Shown: positions 55,582 to 63,159 of the stretch, piece after piece | Layout of the letters: every line of letters starts with the position of its first letter | Position numbering within the stretch: position 1 is the stretch's first letter | IMG/VR virus record: IMGVR_UViG_3300027749_002876 | Span: 62,001-126,000 of that record | Length of the DNA stretch: 64,000 nt | Strand: one strand, 5' to 3' | Made by a program: the position numbers and the translations under genes | The notes under the pieces: model-generated | Told to the model about the DNA's origin: nothing | Seen by the model: the letters and a program-made list of their open reading frames with translations, nothing else | Databases searched by the model: none

Positions 55582-56268
55582 TCACAATTCTGCATAATTA
55601 GTAATACTTGGTGGTTTAGCAAACGCATCCACATACATAATCTTACTGTTATCTTTTATTGTTAATTTATTAATGTAATTATACACTACTTCAAAAGTTT
55701 GTTTGTATATTTCGGGATTATCGTATGTAAAATGCGGAGCTATAGCTGTTGCTATTGCACCTTTGTCATTGTGTTCGGCAAATGCCCTCATCATGTGAGC
55801 TTGCATTGCTTTGCTTCCTGCATACCCCGCATAACTTGTCCATTCATTACGATTGAACTTTACTGCCATATATGATATAATAAAAATAATTTTACTATTT
55901 TCATTCATTCGTTTTAATGCTTCTACACCCAAAACATGAGGTATATGGCATGCAAGTCTTATATTCTCTTCCCATCTTTTTAAGTCAACTACACTAGTAG
56001 AAGTAAAGCAATTTTCATCATTTGGATAAGAACCTGAATTGGAATTAAAAAGAATCATATCAACAGTATCAACATCTTTGGTCACTTCATTAAATGCTTC
56101 TACTACACATTGAACACTATCAAAGTTTGCTTTGATATCATGTGGATGTCCTGTATTGTAATTCTTGTGAGATACAATATAAACGTTATGACCATCAGTA
56201 CGCATACGCAATACTAGGTCATTACCAAACTTACCGGGTTCACCTCCCCCTATTATCACTATGTTCAT
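55582..56268 (-). CDS. Short-chain dehydrogenase/reductase-like protein
   Basis: IGG...G.FG, YAGSK (YxxxK). Confidence 0.75.
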   Translation of the reverse strand: MNIVIIGGGEPGKFGNDLVLRMRTDGHNVYIVSHKNYNTGHPHDIKANFDSVQCVVEAFNEVTKDVDTVDMILFNSNSGSYPNDENCFTSTSVVDLKRWEENIRLACHIPHVLGVEALKRMNENSKIIFIISYMAVKFNRNEWTSYAGYAGSKAMQAHMMRAFAEHNDKGAIATAIAPHFTYDNPEIYKQTFEVVYNYINKLTIKDNSKIMYVDAFAKPPSITNYAEL

Positions 56269-56288
56269 ATTATGAGTCCTCAAGTATT

Positions 56289-56364
56289 TGGTGGAGGATA
56301 CCAGGATCGAACTGGTCACCTACTGCTTGCAAAGCAGCCGCTCTCCCAAATGAGCTAATCCCCC
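56289..56364 (-). tRNA. tRNA-Ala(TGC)
   Basis: Cloverleaf with G3:U70. Confidence 0.95.
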
Positions 56365-56438
56365 ATGTAGAAACACACTTGATATAGTAGCAAAAGCTAT
56401 CACGGATGAACCCGAGTTTAGTCAAATATGTTTTTATA
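56365..56438 (-). ncRNA. Candidate small RNA with a long closing stem
   Basis: AUAUAAAAACAUAUUUGA/UCAAGUGUGUUUCUACAU. Confidence 0.5.
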
Positions 56439-56515
56439 TGGTGCCCCAGAGGAGACTCGAACTCCTAAAATTTGGCTTCTAAGACCAACACGTATACCAA
56501 TTCCGTCACCAGGGC
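56439..56515 (-). tRNA. tRNA-Leu(TAG) with short variable region
   Basis: Leu-type D-arm, 77 nt. Confidence 0.88.
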
Positions 56516-56516
56516 A

Positions 56517-56605
56517 GTTATAATATAACACACTACGAATCTCCTTCTAAGTTATGGACCTAGCGAGTACTCCAGTTGTGTTCATGTAATGTGTTATATT
56601 ATAAC
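56517..56605 (-). ncRNA. Candidate small RNA / 16-bp inverted repeat overlapping a promoter -10
   Basis: GTTATAATATAACACA/TGTGTTATATTATAAC; TTGACA-17-TATAAT at 56598-56626. Confidence 0.5.
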
Positions 56606-56690
56606 ATATATCTATTTATATGTCAACTATCTTTGGATAAGAAGAACTCAGACGTATGATAACCATTTACCGGTTAGTTATTACAGAGGT

Positions 56691-57227
56691 CTAAGCCGTG
56701 TTATATATTGCTAGATCACCATAGCGTTTTAAACTACACTCTATCAATTGTTTATGTTTTTCTACATCCAAGAAACCTTTAATATAAAGTGTTTCTCTCA
56801 TAAAATCTTCCTTTACTCTATGCAAACATGCGGTAAGATTAAGCAGGTATGCTATGGGCACTTGAGGCAATATAGGAGTTATCCATTCTTTGCCATTAAA
56901 TATTTCAAGCGAGTCGCATTTACCTTTTAATACTACATGATACCCAGCCGGTTCAGCTTGTGCAATGTGTTTATATTCATTAGATAAATTATCACCGGGA
57001 TAATAATCATGGTGAGGATTAACTACTATTTGTTGAAACTTATGCGTAAATGTTGTGATATCTATTATTGGTATTTGATCTAATAAACTTCTATATTGTT
57101 GATAGTTATTTTCTTTACCAAGAACTTCTTTTGTTTCCCAAAAATTTTGATGATAGGTATGTTGATCACCTAACTCAAAACTAGTTTCAGTAACGTCTAT
57201 ATCTAGTGGAACAAATAATAATTTCAT
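56691..57227 (-). CDS. Oxygenase/cupin-like hypothetical protein
   Basis: PHHD, EP.GY, H.V...R; TTAAATA-4-ATG. Confidence 0.6.
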   Translation of the reverse strand: MKLLFVPLDIDVTETSFELGDQHTYHQNFWETKEVLGKENNYQQYRSLLDQIPIIDITTFTHKFQQIVVNPHHDYYPGDNLSNEYKHIAQAEPAGYHVVLKGKCDSLEIFNGKEWITPILPQVPIAYLLNLTACLHRVKEDFMRETLYIKGFLDVEKHKQLIECSLKRYGDLAIYNTA

Positions 57228-57244
57228 CTAGTATTTAATAACAT

Positions 57245-57318
57245 TGGAGCGGGGTAACAGAATCGAACTGTCAGCATTAGCTTGGAAGGCTAAGGTATTA
57301 CCACTATACGAACCCCGC
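57245..57318 (-). tRNA. tRNA-Gly(TCC)
   Basis: Cloverleaf. Confidence 0.95.
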
Positions 57319-57330
57319 ATAAATATATTT

Positions 57331-57495
57331 ATGTACATATATGACGCTATCACAAAAACAGGACTTGTTATACACTTATCAATGAGTGCTGAACATACAT
57401 TTTACATTATGGTATTTGATATTGACAACTTCACATTGACCATGAAATTCTTCAACAACATCGAAACAGCACTTGCTTTTATACAAGCACTTTAG
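57331..57495 (+). CDS. Small protein antisense to the tRNA array
   Basis: CATAAATA just upstream of ATG. Confidence 0.5.
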   Translation: MYIYDAITKTGLVIHLSMSAEHTFYIMVFDIDNFTLTMKFFNNIETALAFIQAL

Positions 57496-57500
57496 TTAAC

Positions 57501-57578
57501 TGGAGCAACGGGTCAGATTTGAACTGACGGTTTTACGGATTTGCAATCCGTTGCATTGGGCCGCTCTGCCACCGTTGC
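57501..57578 (-). tRNA. tRNA-Cys(GCA)
   Basis: Cloverleaf, U73. Confidence 0.92.
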
Positions 57579-57582
57579 ATAT

Positions 57583-57792
57583 TGCTCCTGCATCCCCCGG
57601 CGGTAATTATACTGCATCAATCATCGGACTAGACGAATAATCCACGACAACATCACACACAGCTTCCACCCGCTTCCCGACAGGGACCGCTCTCGTGTTG
57701 CTAACGGCCTTTCGGTTCGAAGACTACCACCCGTAGTTGTCACACTACTTCTCATCCTGTGGGTCACAGTATCCGGAGACACCCGGAACGTT
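57583..57792 (-). ncRNA. Candidate ~210-nt structured RNA
   Basis: GC-rich; several hairpins; long-range GGUGGUAGU/AUUACCGCC pairing. Confidence 0.65.
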
Positions 57793-57793
57793 C

Positions 57794-57881
57794 TGGCGGA
57801 GTATGTAGGAATCGAACCTACCCACCGGTTGCCCAGTGACAGATTAGCAATCTGTTGCCTTAACCGCTCGGCCAATACTCC
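57794..57881 (-). tRNA. tRNA-Ser(GCT)
   Basis: Long variable arm. Confidence 0.95.
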
Positions 57882-57888
57882 TGATACT

Positions 57889-57965
57889 TGGTGCCTCGAA
57901 CTGGACTCGAACCAGTAACCTAACGATTATGAGTCGTGTGCTCTAACCAATTGAGCTATCAAGGC
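57889..57965 (-). tRNA. tRNA-Ile2(CAT), lysidine-type
   Basis: CGACUCAUAAUCG anticodon arm as in ileX. Confidence 0.8.
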
Positions 57966-57971
57966 ATTGTT

Positions 57972-58056
57972 TGGTACGACTGGCCGGAATCGAACCGGCA
58001 CGCTGTTGGGCGAGAGATTTTAAGTCTCTTGTGTCTACCTATTTCACCACAGTCGC
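57972..58056 (-). tRNA. tRNA-Leu(TAA)
   Basis: Long variable arm. Confidence 0.95.
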
Positions 58057-58102
58057 AAATCTTGTTACTATTATATATCATAATAGATTTGTTGTCAATG
58101 AA

Positions 58103-58319
58103 TTTGTAAGTAGTATCACCATCGTTATTGATACCATTCACCCGTGTAATAAAGTCGACCGGGACTCGGTACGCTACTTGGGATTCATCCAGCTGATACG
58201 CCATCATGTATGCCGATCCCACTCAAGCGATCAGCCGGGCATCGAACCCGCAACCTTCTACTAACTCAGTCCTTCGAAGAAACCTCATTAGCGTGACTTC
58301 ACTTGCTAACACTTACAAA
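58103..58319 (-). ncRNA. Candidate ~215-nt structured RNA
   Basis: 9-bp closing stem TTTGTAAGT/ACTTACAAA; internal T-arm-like CGGG-UUCGAUG-CCCG. Confidence 0.6.
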
Positions 58320-58320
58320 A

Positions 58321-58860
58321 CTATTTTTTCCACCACCAAACCAATCGTTCAACTGTTGGAAAATTTTTATTGATATCTAAAACAATTGGTTTACAAACTG
58401 ATAAGTTCAACTTATTAGTCCATTCATAAAATGTTTTATAACTTAATCTATGTTTAGTACCAAAATTAGATATATGATCTTCATTATGACCTATATAATC
58501 TAAAAATGGTTGCATTCTTACTACAATATATCCACCGGGCTTGATCCAACTTACAATTTTTTCTACATCATAGAATTGATTTTCTACGGGTTTATATTGT
58601 ATGGAACCTAAACAAAGTGCGATATCTATTGATTCTTTTTCAAAGACGACATCATTTACTGAAGCCTGCATATCACTATTTGGATATGGATCAGCGTCAA
58701 AGCCAATCAAATTATGTATTTTGTCCTTGAAAAGATTTTCCCCACATCCCACATCAATTACTTTTTGCGGAAATAAGGAATTTACCTCTTCAATTAAATT
58801 GTAACCTGAATATGTGAATCCACGCATTCTAGTATCATTGTAAATATAAGCTTCATTCAT
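58321..58860 (-). CDS. Class I SAM methyltransferase (paralogue of the C-terminal part of 50287-51015)
   Basis: SG..L.EEVN...P.KVIDVGCG.N.FK..I.NLIG.D, CLGSI. Confidence 0.8.
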   Translation of the reverse strand: MNEAYIYNDTRMRGFTYSGYNLIEEVNSLFPQKVIDVGCGENLFKDKIHNLIGFDADPYPNSDMQASVNDVVFEKESIDIALCLGSIQYKPVENQFYDVEKIVSWIKPGGYIVVRMQPFLDYIGHNEDHISNFGTKHRLSYKTFYEWTNKLNLSVCKPIVLDINKNFPTVERLVWWWKK

Positions 58861-58875
58861 GAAGATATTTATCGA

Positions 58876-58950
58876 TGGCGACTCGTGGGAGAATCGAACT
58901 CCCGTAATCGGATAGACAATCCGAAGTAATGACCATTATACGAACGAGCC
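58876..58950 (-). tRNA. tRNA-Asp(GTC)
   Basis: Cloverleaf. Confidence 0.93.
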
Positions 58951-59034
58951 TAAATTAGTAGTAGTTTCTATATCACCCATTGAAACTAATAAACATTGAG
59001 AAAGAGCTTGCGTAGCAAGATTTCTATTTGTTCT

Positions 59035-59118
59035 TGGTGGAGACGGTTGGAGTTGAACCAACAGTGCCGAAGCGGAAGATTTACAGTCTCCTGGGGTTAC
59101 CAATTTTCCTACATCTCC
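59035..59118 (-). tRNA. tRNA-Tyr(GTA)
   Basis: Cloverleaf with variable arm. Confidence 0.93.
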
Positions 59119-59119
59119 A

Positions 59120-59325
59120 AATTAGGATAAGCTACTTGTTTCCACACAAGCCCTTAATTGAGCGGTTACTCTGTCCATCTCTTTTATTCTATATGTCTGT
59201 GTGCAGAGAGATACTGCCTATCAGAGTCTGCCGGGGTAGTTTCCATCCCTGCTTTTACGGTTTTCTGCCACCGGATCTCTATCGCTAATCAAACGCTACT
59301 TTGACGAAAGTAGTAACGGGATTCT
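59120..59325 (-). ncRNA. Candidate ~200-nt structured RNA between tRNA-Glu and tRNA-Tyr
   Basis: Hairpins CUACUUU-CGUC-AAAGUAG and CUUGU-GUGGAA-ACAAG; no credible ORF. Confidence 0.55.
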
Positions 59326-59326
59326 T

Positions 59327-59401
59327 TGGAAGAGCTACGGGGAATCGAACCCCGCTTGCCTGGATGAAAACCAGATGTCCTAACCGATAGACGATAGCTC
59401 C
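59327..59401 (-). tRNA. tRNA-Glu(TTC)
   Basis: Cloverleaf. Confidence 0.93.
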
Positions 59402-59402
59402 A

Positions 59403-59530
59403 TGTTATTAGTTTTGCTGACGCACTGTTTGCTATGCTCAACGGAATTGCCAGCTGGACGTACCGTTTATATACATAGTTACTCAGGGTTGACGTTTCCC
59501 CCATGGCTTACATCAGCAAAACTAATAACA
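59403..59530 (-). ncRNA. Candidate ~128-nt RNA closed by a perfect 18-bp stem
   Basis: TGTTATTAGTTTTGCTGA/TCAGCAAAACTAATAACA. Confidence 0.65.
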
Positions 59531-59767
59531 CTCTATATGAAAACACATTATGGGAACTACATTCGTCTGTCCAGGACCGTCTCCTGTACCCCGGCTTGTA
59601 CACCGGGAACTCTGAACTTCGTCATTACTGCCTAACTGCCCGTCACGTTCATAACTTTCGTTATCATACGCTTCATGATGTATGTCTTGGCGTGTATCCG
59701 TCGATACCCTTATAACCTTCGTACACCCTAACGGATCAGGTAACCCTTAATATGTTTACATATAGAG
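59531..59767 (-). ncRNA. Candidate ~237-nt RNA with a ~20-bp closing stem
   Basis: CUCUAUAUGUAAACAUAUUA/UAAUGUGUUUUCAUAUAGAG; internal CCCGG..CCGGG. Confidence 0.6.
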
Positions 59768-59800
59768 CCCTGAACTTAACAGGGATATATGAATTCTAAA

Positions 59801-59957
59801 TTTTAAAGAACTCTTGCAACTACTCTATCGTTTGTTGCTATGTGTCTATTATAACACCTTTACCATTTATTGTCAAATTCTTTTTTGTGTCTCTGTGTCC
59901 GAGAACTTGTTCAATCAATCTAAGTATCTATTATAGCACCAACTTGATTTATTGTCA
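59801..59957 (-). promoter_or_regulatory. Tandem sigma70 promoters plus boxA-like antitermination site
   Basis: Two TTGACAATAAAT..TATAAT promoters ~80 bp apart; AGTTCTTTAAAA at 59812-59801. Confidence 0.7.
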
Positions 59958-59993
59958 AACTTTGTGTTGTTGTATTTTTACAACACCTGTTAT

Positions 59994-60068
59994 TGGTCCG
60001 GCGTAAGGGAATCGAACCCCTATAAACACTTTAGAAGAATGTTGTCCTATCCGTTGAACGAACGCCAG
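59994..60068 (-). tRNA. tRNA-Arg(TCT)
   Basis: Cloverleaf. Confidence 0.92.
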
Positions 60069-60139
60069 ATATATTTCTTACTTGTCTCTATTATAGAGGA
60101 TTGTTGATTTGTTGTCAAGTTTGACAACAACTATTTGAA

Positions 60140-60215
60140 TGGCTCCTCAAGATGGGATCGAACCACCGACATTCTGATTAACAGTCAGACGCAACTACCG
60201 CTGTGCTATTGAGGA
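60140..60215 (-). tRNA. tRNA-Asn(GTT)
   Basis: Cloverleaf. Confidence 0.95.
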
Positions 60216-60222
60216 ATATTTT

Positions 60223-60298
60223 TGGTGCCCACACCATGATTCGAACACGGCACCTACGCATTACAAGTGCGTTGCTCTACCAAATGAGCTATGTGGGC
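60223..60298 (-). tRNA. tRNA-Thr(TGT)
   Basis: Cloverleaf. Confidence 0.95.
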
Positions 60299-60359
60299 TT
60301 GTGTCTTACGACATGTTTATTTAACAGCTATTGTATCATAGGAAAACTTTTATGTCAAC

Positions 60360-60920
60360 CTATGATAGCAATATTCTGCTGTGTTTGGGAACACCTGCAA
60401 GCAAGTATTCCATTTGGTCAGCAAGAATTGTTCTATGTTGTAGAATCATATTTTCGTAGTGGTTTGGGATATACGGAGTGTATAATAATTCCATACGGGA
60501 ATCTTTCAATGTCTTATGACCTTTTTTGCTGTTACAATCTTTACATGCCGTAACAACGTTCATCCAGGTGTTTTCGCCACCTTTACTTTTTGGATGAATA
60601 TGGTCTCTACTTAACGCATGGTAGTTAGCAAAGTATTCTCCGCAATATGCACAAACGTGTCTGTCACGACCAAACAATGTTTTATTAGTTAGTGCCACAC
60701 ATGAATGTTTATATGGATTGAATCCATGACCTTTGATAGCAATAATGCTATTAGCTTCCAAGTAACTTAATGTACCGTCATTTTGCATACCACCACGATA
60801 TTTAGCCACAATATTGCCCATACTCCATGCAATGGCATCTTTTGCTTTATAGGTAATTGCGTCATCATTTGATATCCATTGCCGGGGAACTCCCGAGATA
60901 TCTAGTGCTAGAACAGCCAT
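60360..60920 (-). CDS. HNH endonuclease
   Basis: LFGRDRHVCAYCG...SRDHIHP.SKGG...W.NVVTAC..CN..KG. Confidence 0.92.
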   Translation of the reverse strand: MAVLALDISGVPRQWISNDDAITYKAKDAIAWSMGNIVAKYRGGMQNDGTLSYLEANSIIAIKGHGFNPYKHSCVALTNKTLFGRDRHVCAYCGEYFANYHALSRDHIHPKSKGGENTWMNVVTACKDCNSKKGHKTLKDSRMELLYTPYIPNHYENMILQHRTILADQMEYLLAGVPKHSRILLS

Positions 60921-60968
60921 GTAGTACTCCTTTTCTGTTATTATCACTATATGTATTTAATATTATAT

Positions 60969-61043
60969 TGGCGGGTCCTGCAGGAATCGAACCCACATCT
61001 CCAAGTTCGAAGCATGGCATTCTATCCATTGAACTAAGGACCC
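60969..61043 (-). tRNA. tRNA-Arg(TCG)
   Basis: Cloverleaf with one anticodon-stem mismatch. Confidence 0.88.
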
Positions 61044-62030
61044 TTATTGAGATTGTACTCCCTTTACGATTTCTTGTAAAGATTGATCTAACCAATCTGT
61101 GTTAGTTAGTTTTGGGAGTAATTCCATTACTACATATGCTTGTATTAATGGATCTGAACACAAATAATCTGTTAGTTGTTTGGTTCTATTAAATTCCGTT
61201 ATCTCATTTAAAAAATTTAAATGAGGTTGTGCTTTTATATATGTTGGGTGATAATTTTTTGCATAAGAAAAATCAAATATTCCTGCATCTGATTCACTAC
61301 ATATAGATTCTAATAAATCTATAAAGTTTGATTCATATATTTTCAATAAATTAATTGAATAATAATTTTTTGGTATGTGATATGGTTCTACATACATATC
61401 ACTATTGACCTCATGAGGATTATTTGCATGTCTAATGTCATACCAATGTTTATATAAATCTAGATGATGTCTATAATCGTATTGTTTCATACTAGGACTA
61501 ATATAATCCAAAGGATAAGATGATGAAAATATATCATCATATGATACAACAAATTTATTACGATTTTCTATTGTGTTTTCGCAAGGAAAAGTTAAATTAT
61601 ATTTTGTAGTTGTTCCAACAAAATCAAAGTATAATGGCCATTTGGTAATACAATTTAAATTTCCTACTGCTTGTGAATTTAAATCAGTTGCTGTTATTTG
61701 AATAATTATTGGATCTCGGTCAAACGTAAGTATCCATGCAACCGTCTCTTGGAATTTTAAATCATTTCTAGCATTTAATAAAAATATTTTGTTTTCTGTT
61801 GGTTTGTTTAATATTAACCACATTATCAATTCTTTGATTCCACAATGTGTTGGAATTCTATGGTGCAAATGACTGGTACCGATACCACCGTATTTAAGAC
61901 TAGCTGATGTATTAAGAGGGTCATCTATTGTTAGATGTGATAAATCTATTTCACTCTTACTAATACACCAATTTATATAACTTCCAGAGTAACCCGGTGG
62001 ATATAAAATATAAATGTTTTTACGGAGCAT
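61044..62030 (-). CDS. Hypothetical protein (P-loop/sulfotransferase-like N-terminus)
   Basis: IYILYPPGYSGSYI; very AT-rich. Confidence 0.6.
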   Translation of the reverse strand: MLRKNIYILYPPGYSGSYINWCISKSEIDLSHLTIDDPLNTSASLKYGGIGTSHLHHRIPTHCGIKELIMWLILNKPTENKIFLLNARNDLKFQETVAWILTFDRDPIIIQITATDLNSQAVGNLNCITKWPLYFDFVGTTTKYNLTFPCENTIENRNKFVVSYDDIFSSSYPLDYISPSMKQYDYRHHLDLYKHWYDIRHANNPHEVNSDMYVEPYHIPKNYYSINLLKIYESNFIDLLESICSESDAGIFDFSYAKNYHPTYIKAQPHLNFLNEITEFNRTKQLTDYLCSDPLIQAYVVMELLPKLTNTDWLDQSLQEIVKGVQSQ

Positions 62031-62289
62031 CTAGTATTTGAGTACTAACAATATTACAATTATATTGAGTTGCTTTCTGCATAATAAAATCAATATATTC
62101 TTGTGCAGCCGATTGATCTATCCAATATCTATCACAGGTAACATCATCAACCATTATTCCAATTCCGTCTGTTTTGTTTGCCGCAGTCATTTCTTGAATT
62201 TTAATTTCTCTATCACTATCAAGTGCCTCATGTCCTGCCCAATCTGCAACCGTTAGCCATTTAATTTTAGTAATTTTAGTTAGTGCCAT
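62020..62289 (-). CDS. Hypothetical protein
   Basis: AGGAG SD; late promoter upstream. Confidence 0.7.
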   Translation of the reverse strand: MALTKITKIKWLTVADWAGHEALDSDREIKIQEMTAANKTDGIGIMVDDVTCDRYWIDQSAAQEYIDFIMQKATQYNCNIVSTQILDAP

Positions 62290-62352
62290 TTATGTTCTCC
62301 TGTATACTCTATTTATCTAAAAATAACATTAATTATTACAAATGTACTTATT

Positions 62353-62428
62353 TGGTGCCAACAGCTGGACTTGAACCAGCAACACAAGAATTTTCAATCC
62401 TCTGCTCTACCATTGGAGCTATGTCGGC
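62353..62428 (-). tRNA. tRNA-Phe(GAA)
   Basis: Cloverleaf. Confidence 0.95.
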
Positions 62429-62433
62429 TTGTT

Positions 62434-62508
62434 TGGTGGATGATAGTGGGGTCGAACCACTGACCTCTTTCTTGTCACGAAAGTATTCTACCGCTGAAAT
62501 AATCATCC
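62434..62508 (-). tRNA. tRNA-Val(GAC)
   Basis: Cloverleaf; unusual G32. Confidence 0.85.
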
Positions 62509-62584
62509 TGGTGCTCCTAGATGGATTCGAACCATCGACTTCTCCATACCAAAGAGATATTTTACCATTGCAAACTATGGGAGC
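62509..62584 (-). tRNA. tRNA-Thr(GGT)
   Basis: Cloverleaf. Confidence 0.88.
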
Positions 62585-62745
62585 ATATAAAAGTGGGAGC
62601 CTAGCTATCTTATTGTTAATAAACCTCACTAGATTGTCTCGTATAGGCAAGTTTATACACCCATCAATCATACTATAGTGTCATCACAGTTAACCCCACC
62701 GTGACTAGATTGACAGGGACTCAAACCTATCGTCTATCCCTAAAC

Positions 62746-62819
62746 TGGCACCCGGGGTAGGAATCGAACCTACAATAGCAGAGTCAAAGTCTGTTGTGTT
62801 ACCACTACACTACCCGGGA
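62746..62819 (-). tRNA. tRNA-Gln(TTG)
   Basis: Cloverleaf; U1:U72 mismatch. Confidence 0.92.
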
Positions 62820-62826
62820 ATAAATT

Positions 62827-62903
62827 TGGTAGCCTCACCCTGACTCGAACAGGGGACCTTCCGCTTATCAAGCGGATGCTCTAACCAACTGAGCTATGAG
62901 GCT
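62827..62903 (-). tRNA. tRNA-Ile(GAT)
   Basis: Cloverleaf. Confidence 0.95.
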
Positions 62904-62911
62904 AAACTGTT

Positions 62912-62986
62912 TGGTGGATGTAAGTAGATTTGAACTACTGACCTATTCCGTATGAAGGAATTGCACTACCGCTGTGCTATACATCC
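62912..62986 (-). tRNA. tRNA(CAT), probably elongator Met
   Basis: Cloverleaf; loop UUCAUAC. Confidence 0.85.
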
Positions 62987-62988
62987 AT

Positions 62989-63064
62989 TGGGGTGAAGGA
63001 CGAGACTTGAACTCGCAACAACTGGAATCACAATCCAGGGCTCTACCATTGAGCTACCGACACC
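62989..63064 (-). tRNA. tRNA-His(GTG)
   Basis: G-1:C73; two acceptor-stem mismatches. Confidence 0.85.
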
Positions 63065-63070
63065 ATATGT

Positions 63071-63157
63071 TGGAGGAAGATAACAGAATCGAACTGTCAC
63101 CGTGTAAACAGTGGGACGGTTTTCAAGACCGTGTCCGCGCCATGCAGCCTATCTTCC
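63071..63157 (-). tRNA. Atypical tRNA-Ser(TGA), possible 8/4 fold
   Basis: GGAAGAUA/UAUCUUCC acceptor, long variable arm, no U8. Confidence 0.8.
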
Positions 63158-63159
63158 TA

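Noticed and set aside
56628-56697. Small hairpin region ending in CCA downstream of 56691-57227
   Set aside because: Only a short CUUAGAC/GUCUGAG stem and no cloverleaf; too weak to call
63071-63157. tRNA-Sec or opal suppressor
   Set aside because: The anticodon reads UGA (Ser); a Sec or opal suppressor needs UCA
53293-63157. Stop-codon reassignment
   Set aside because: No CUA, UUA or UCA anticodon was found, and known genes are full-length in the standard code and end in TAA, TGA or TAG
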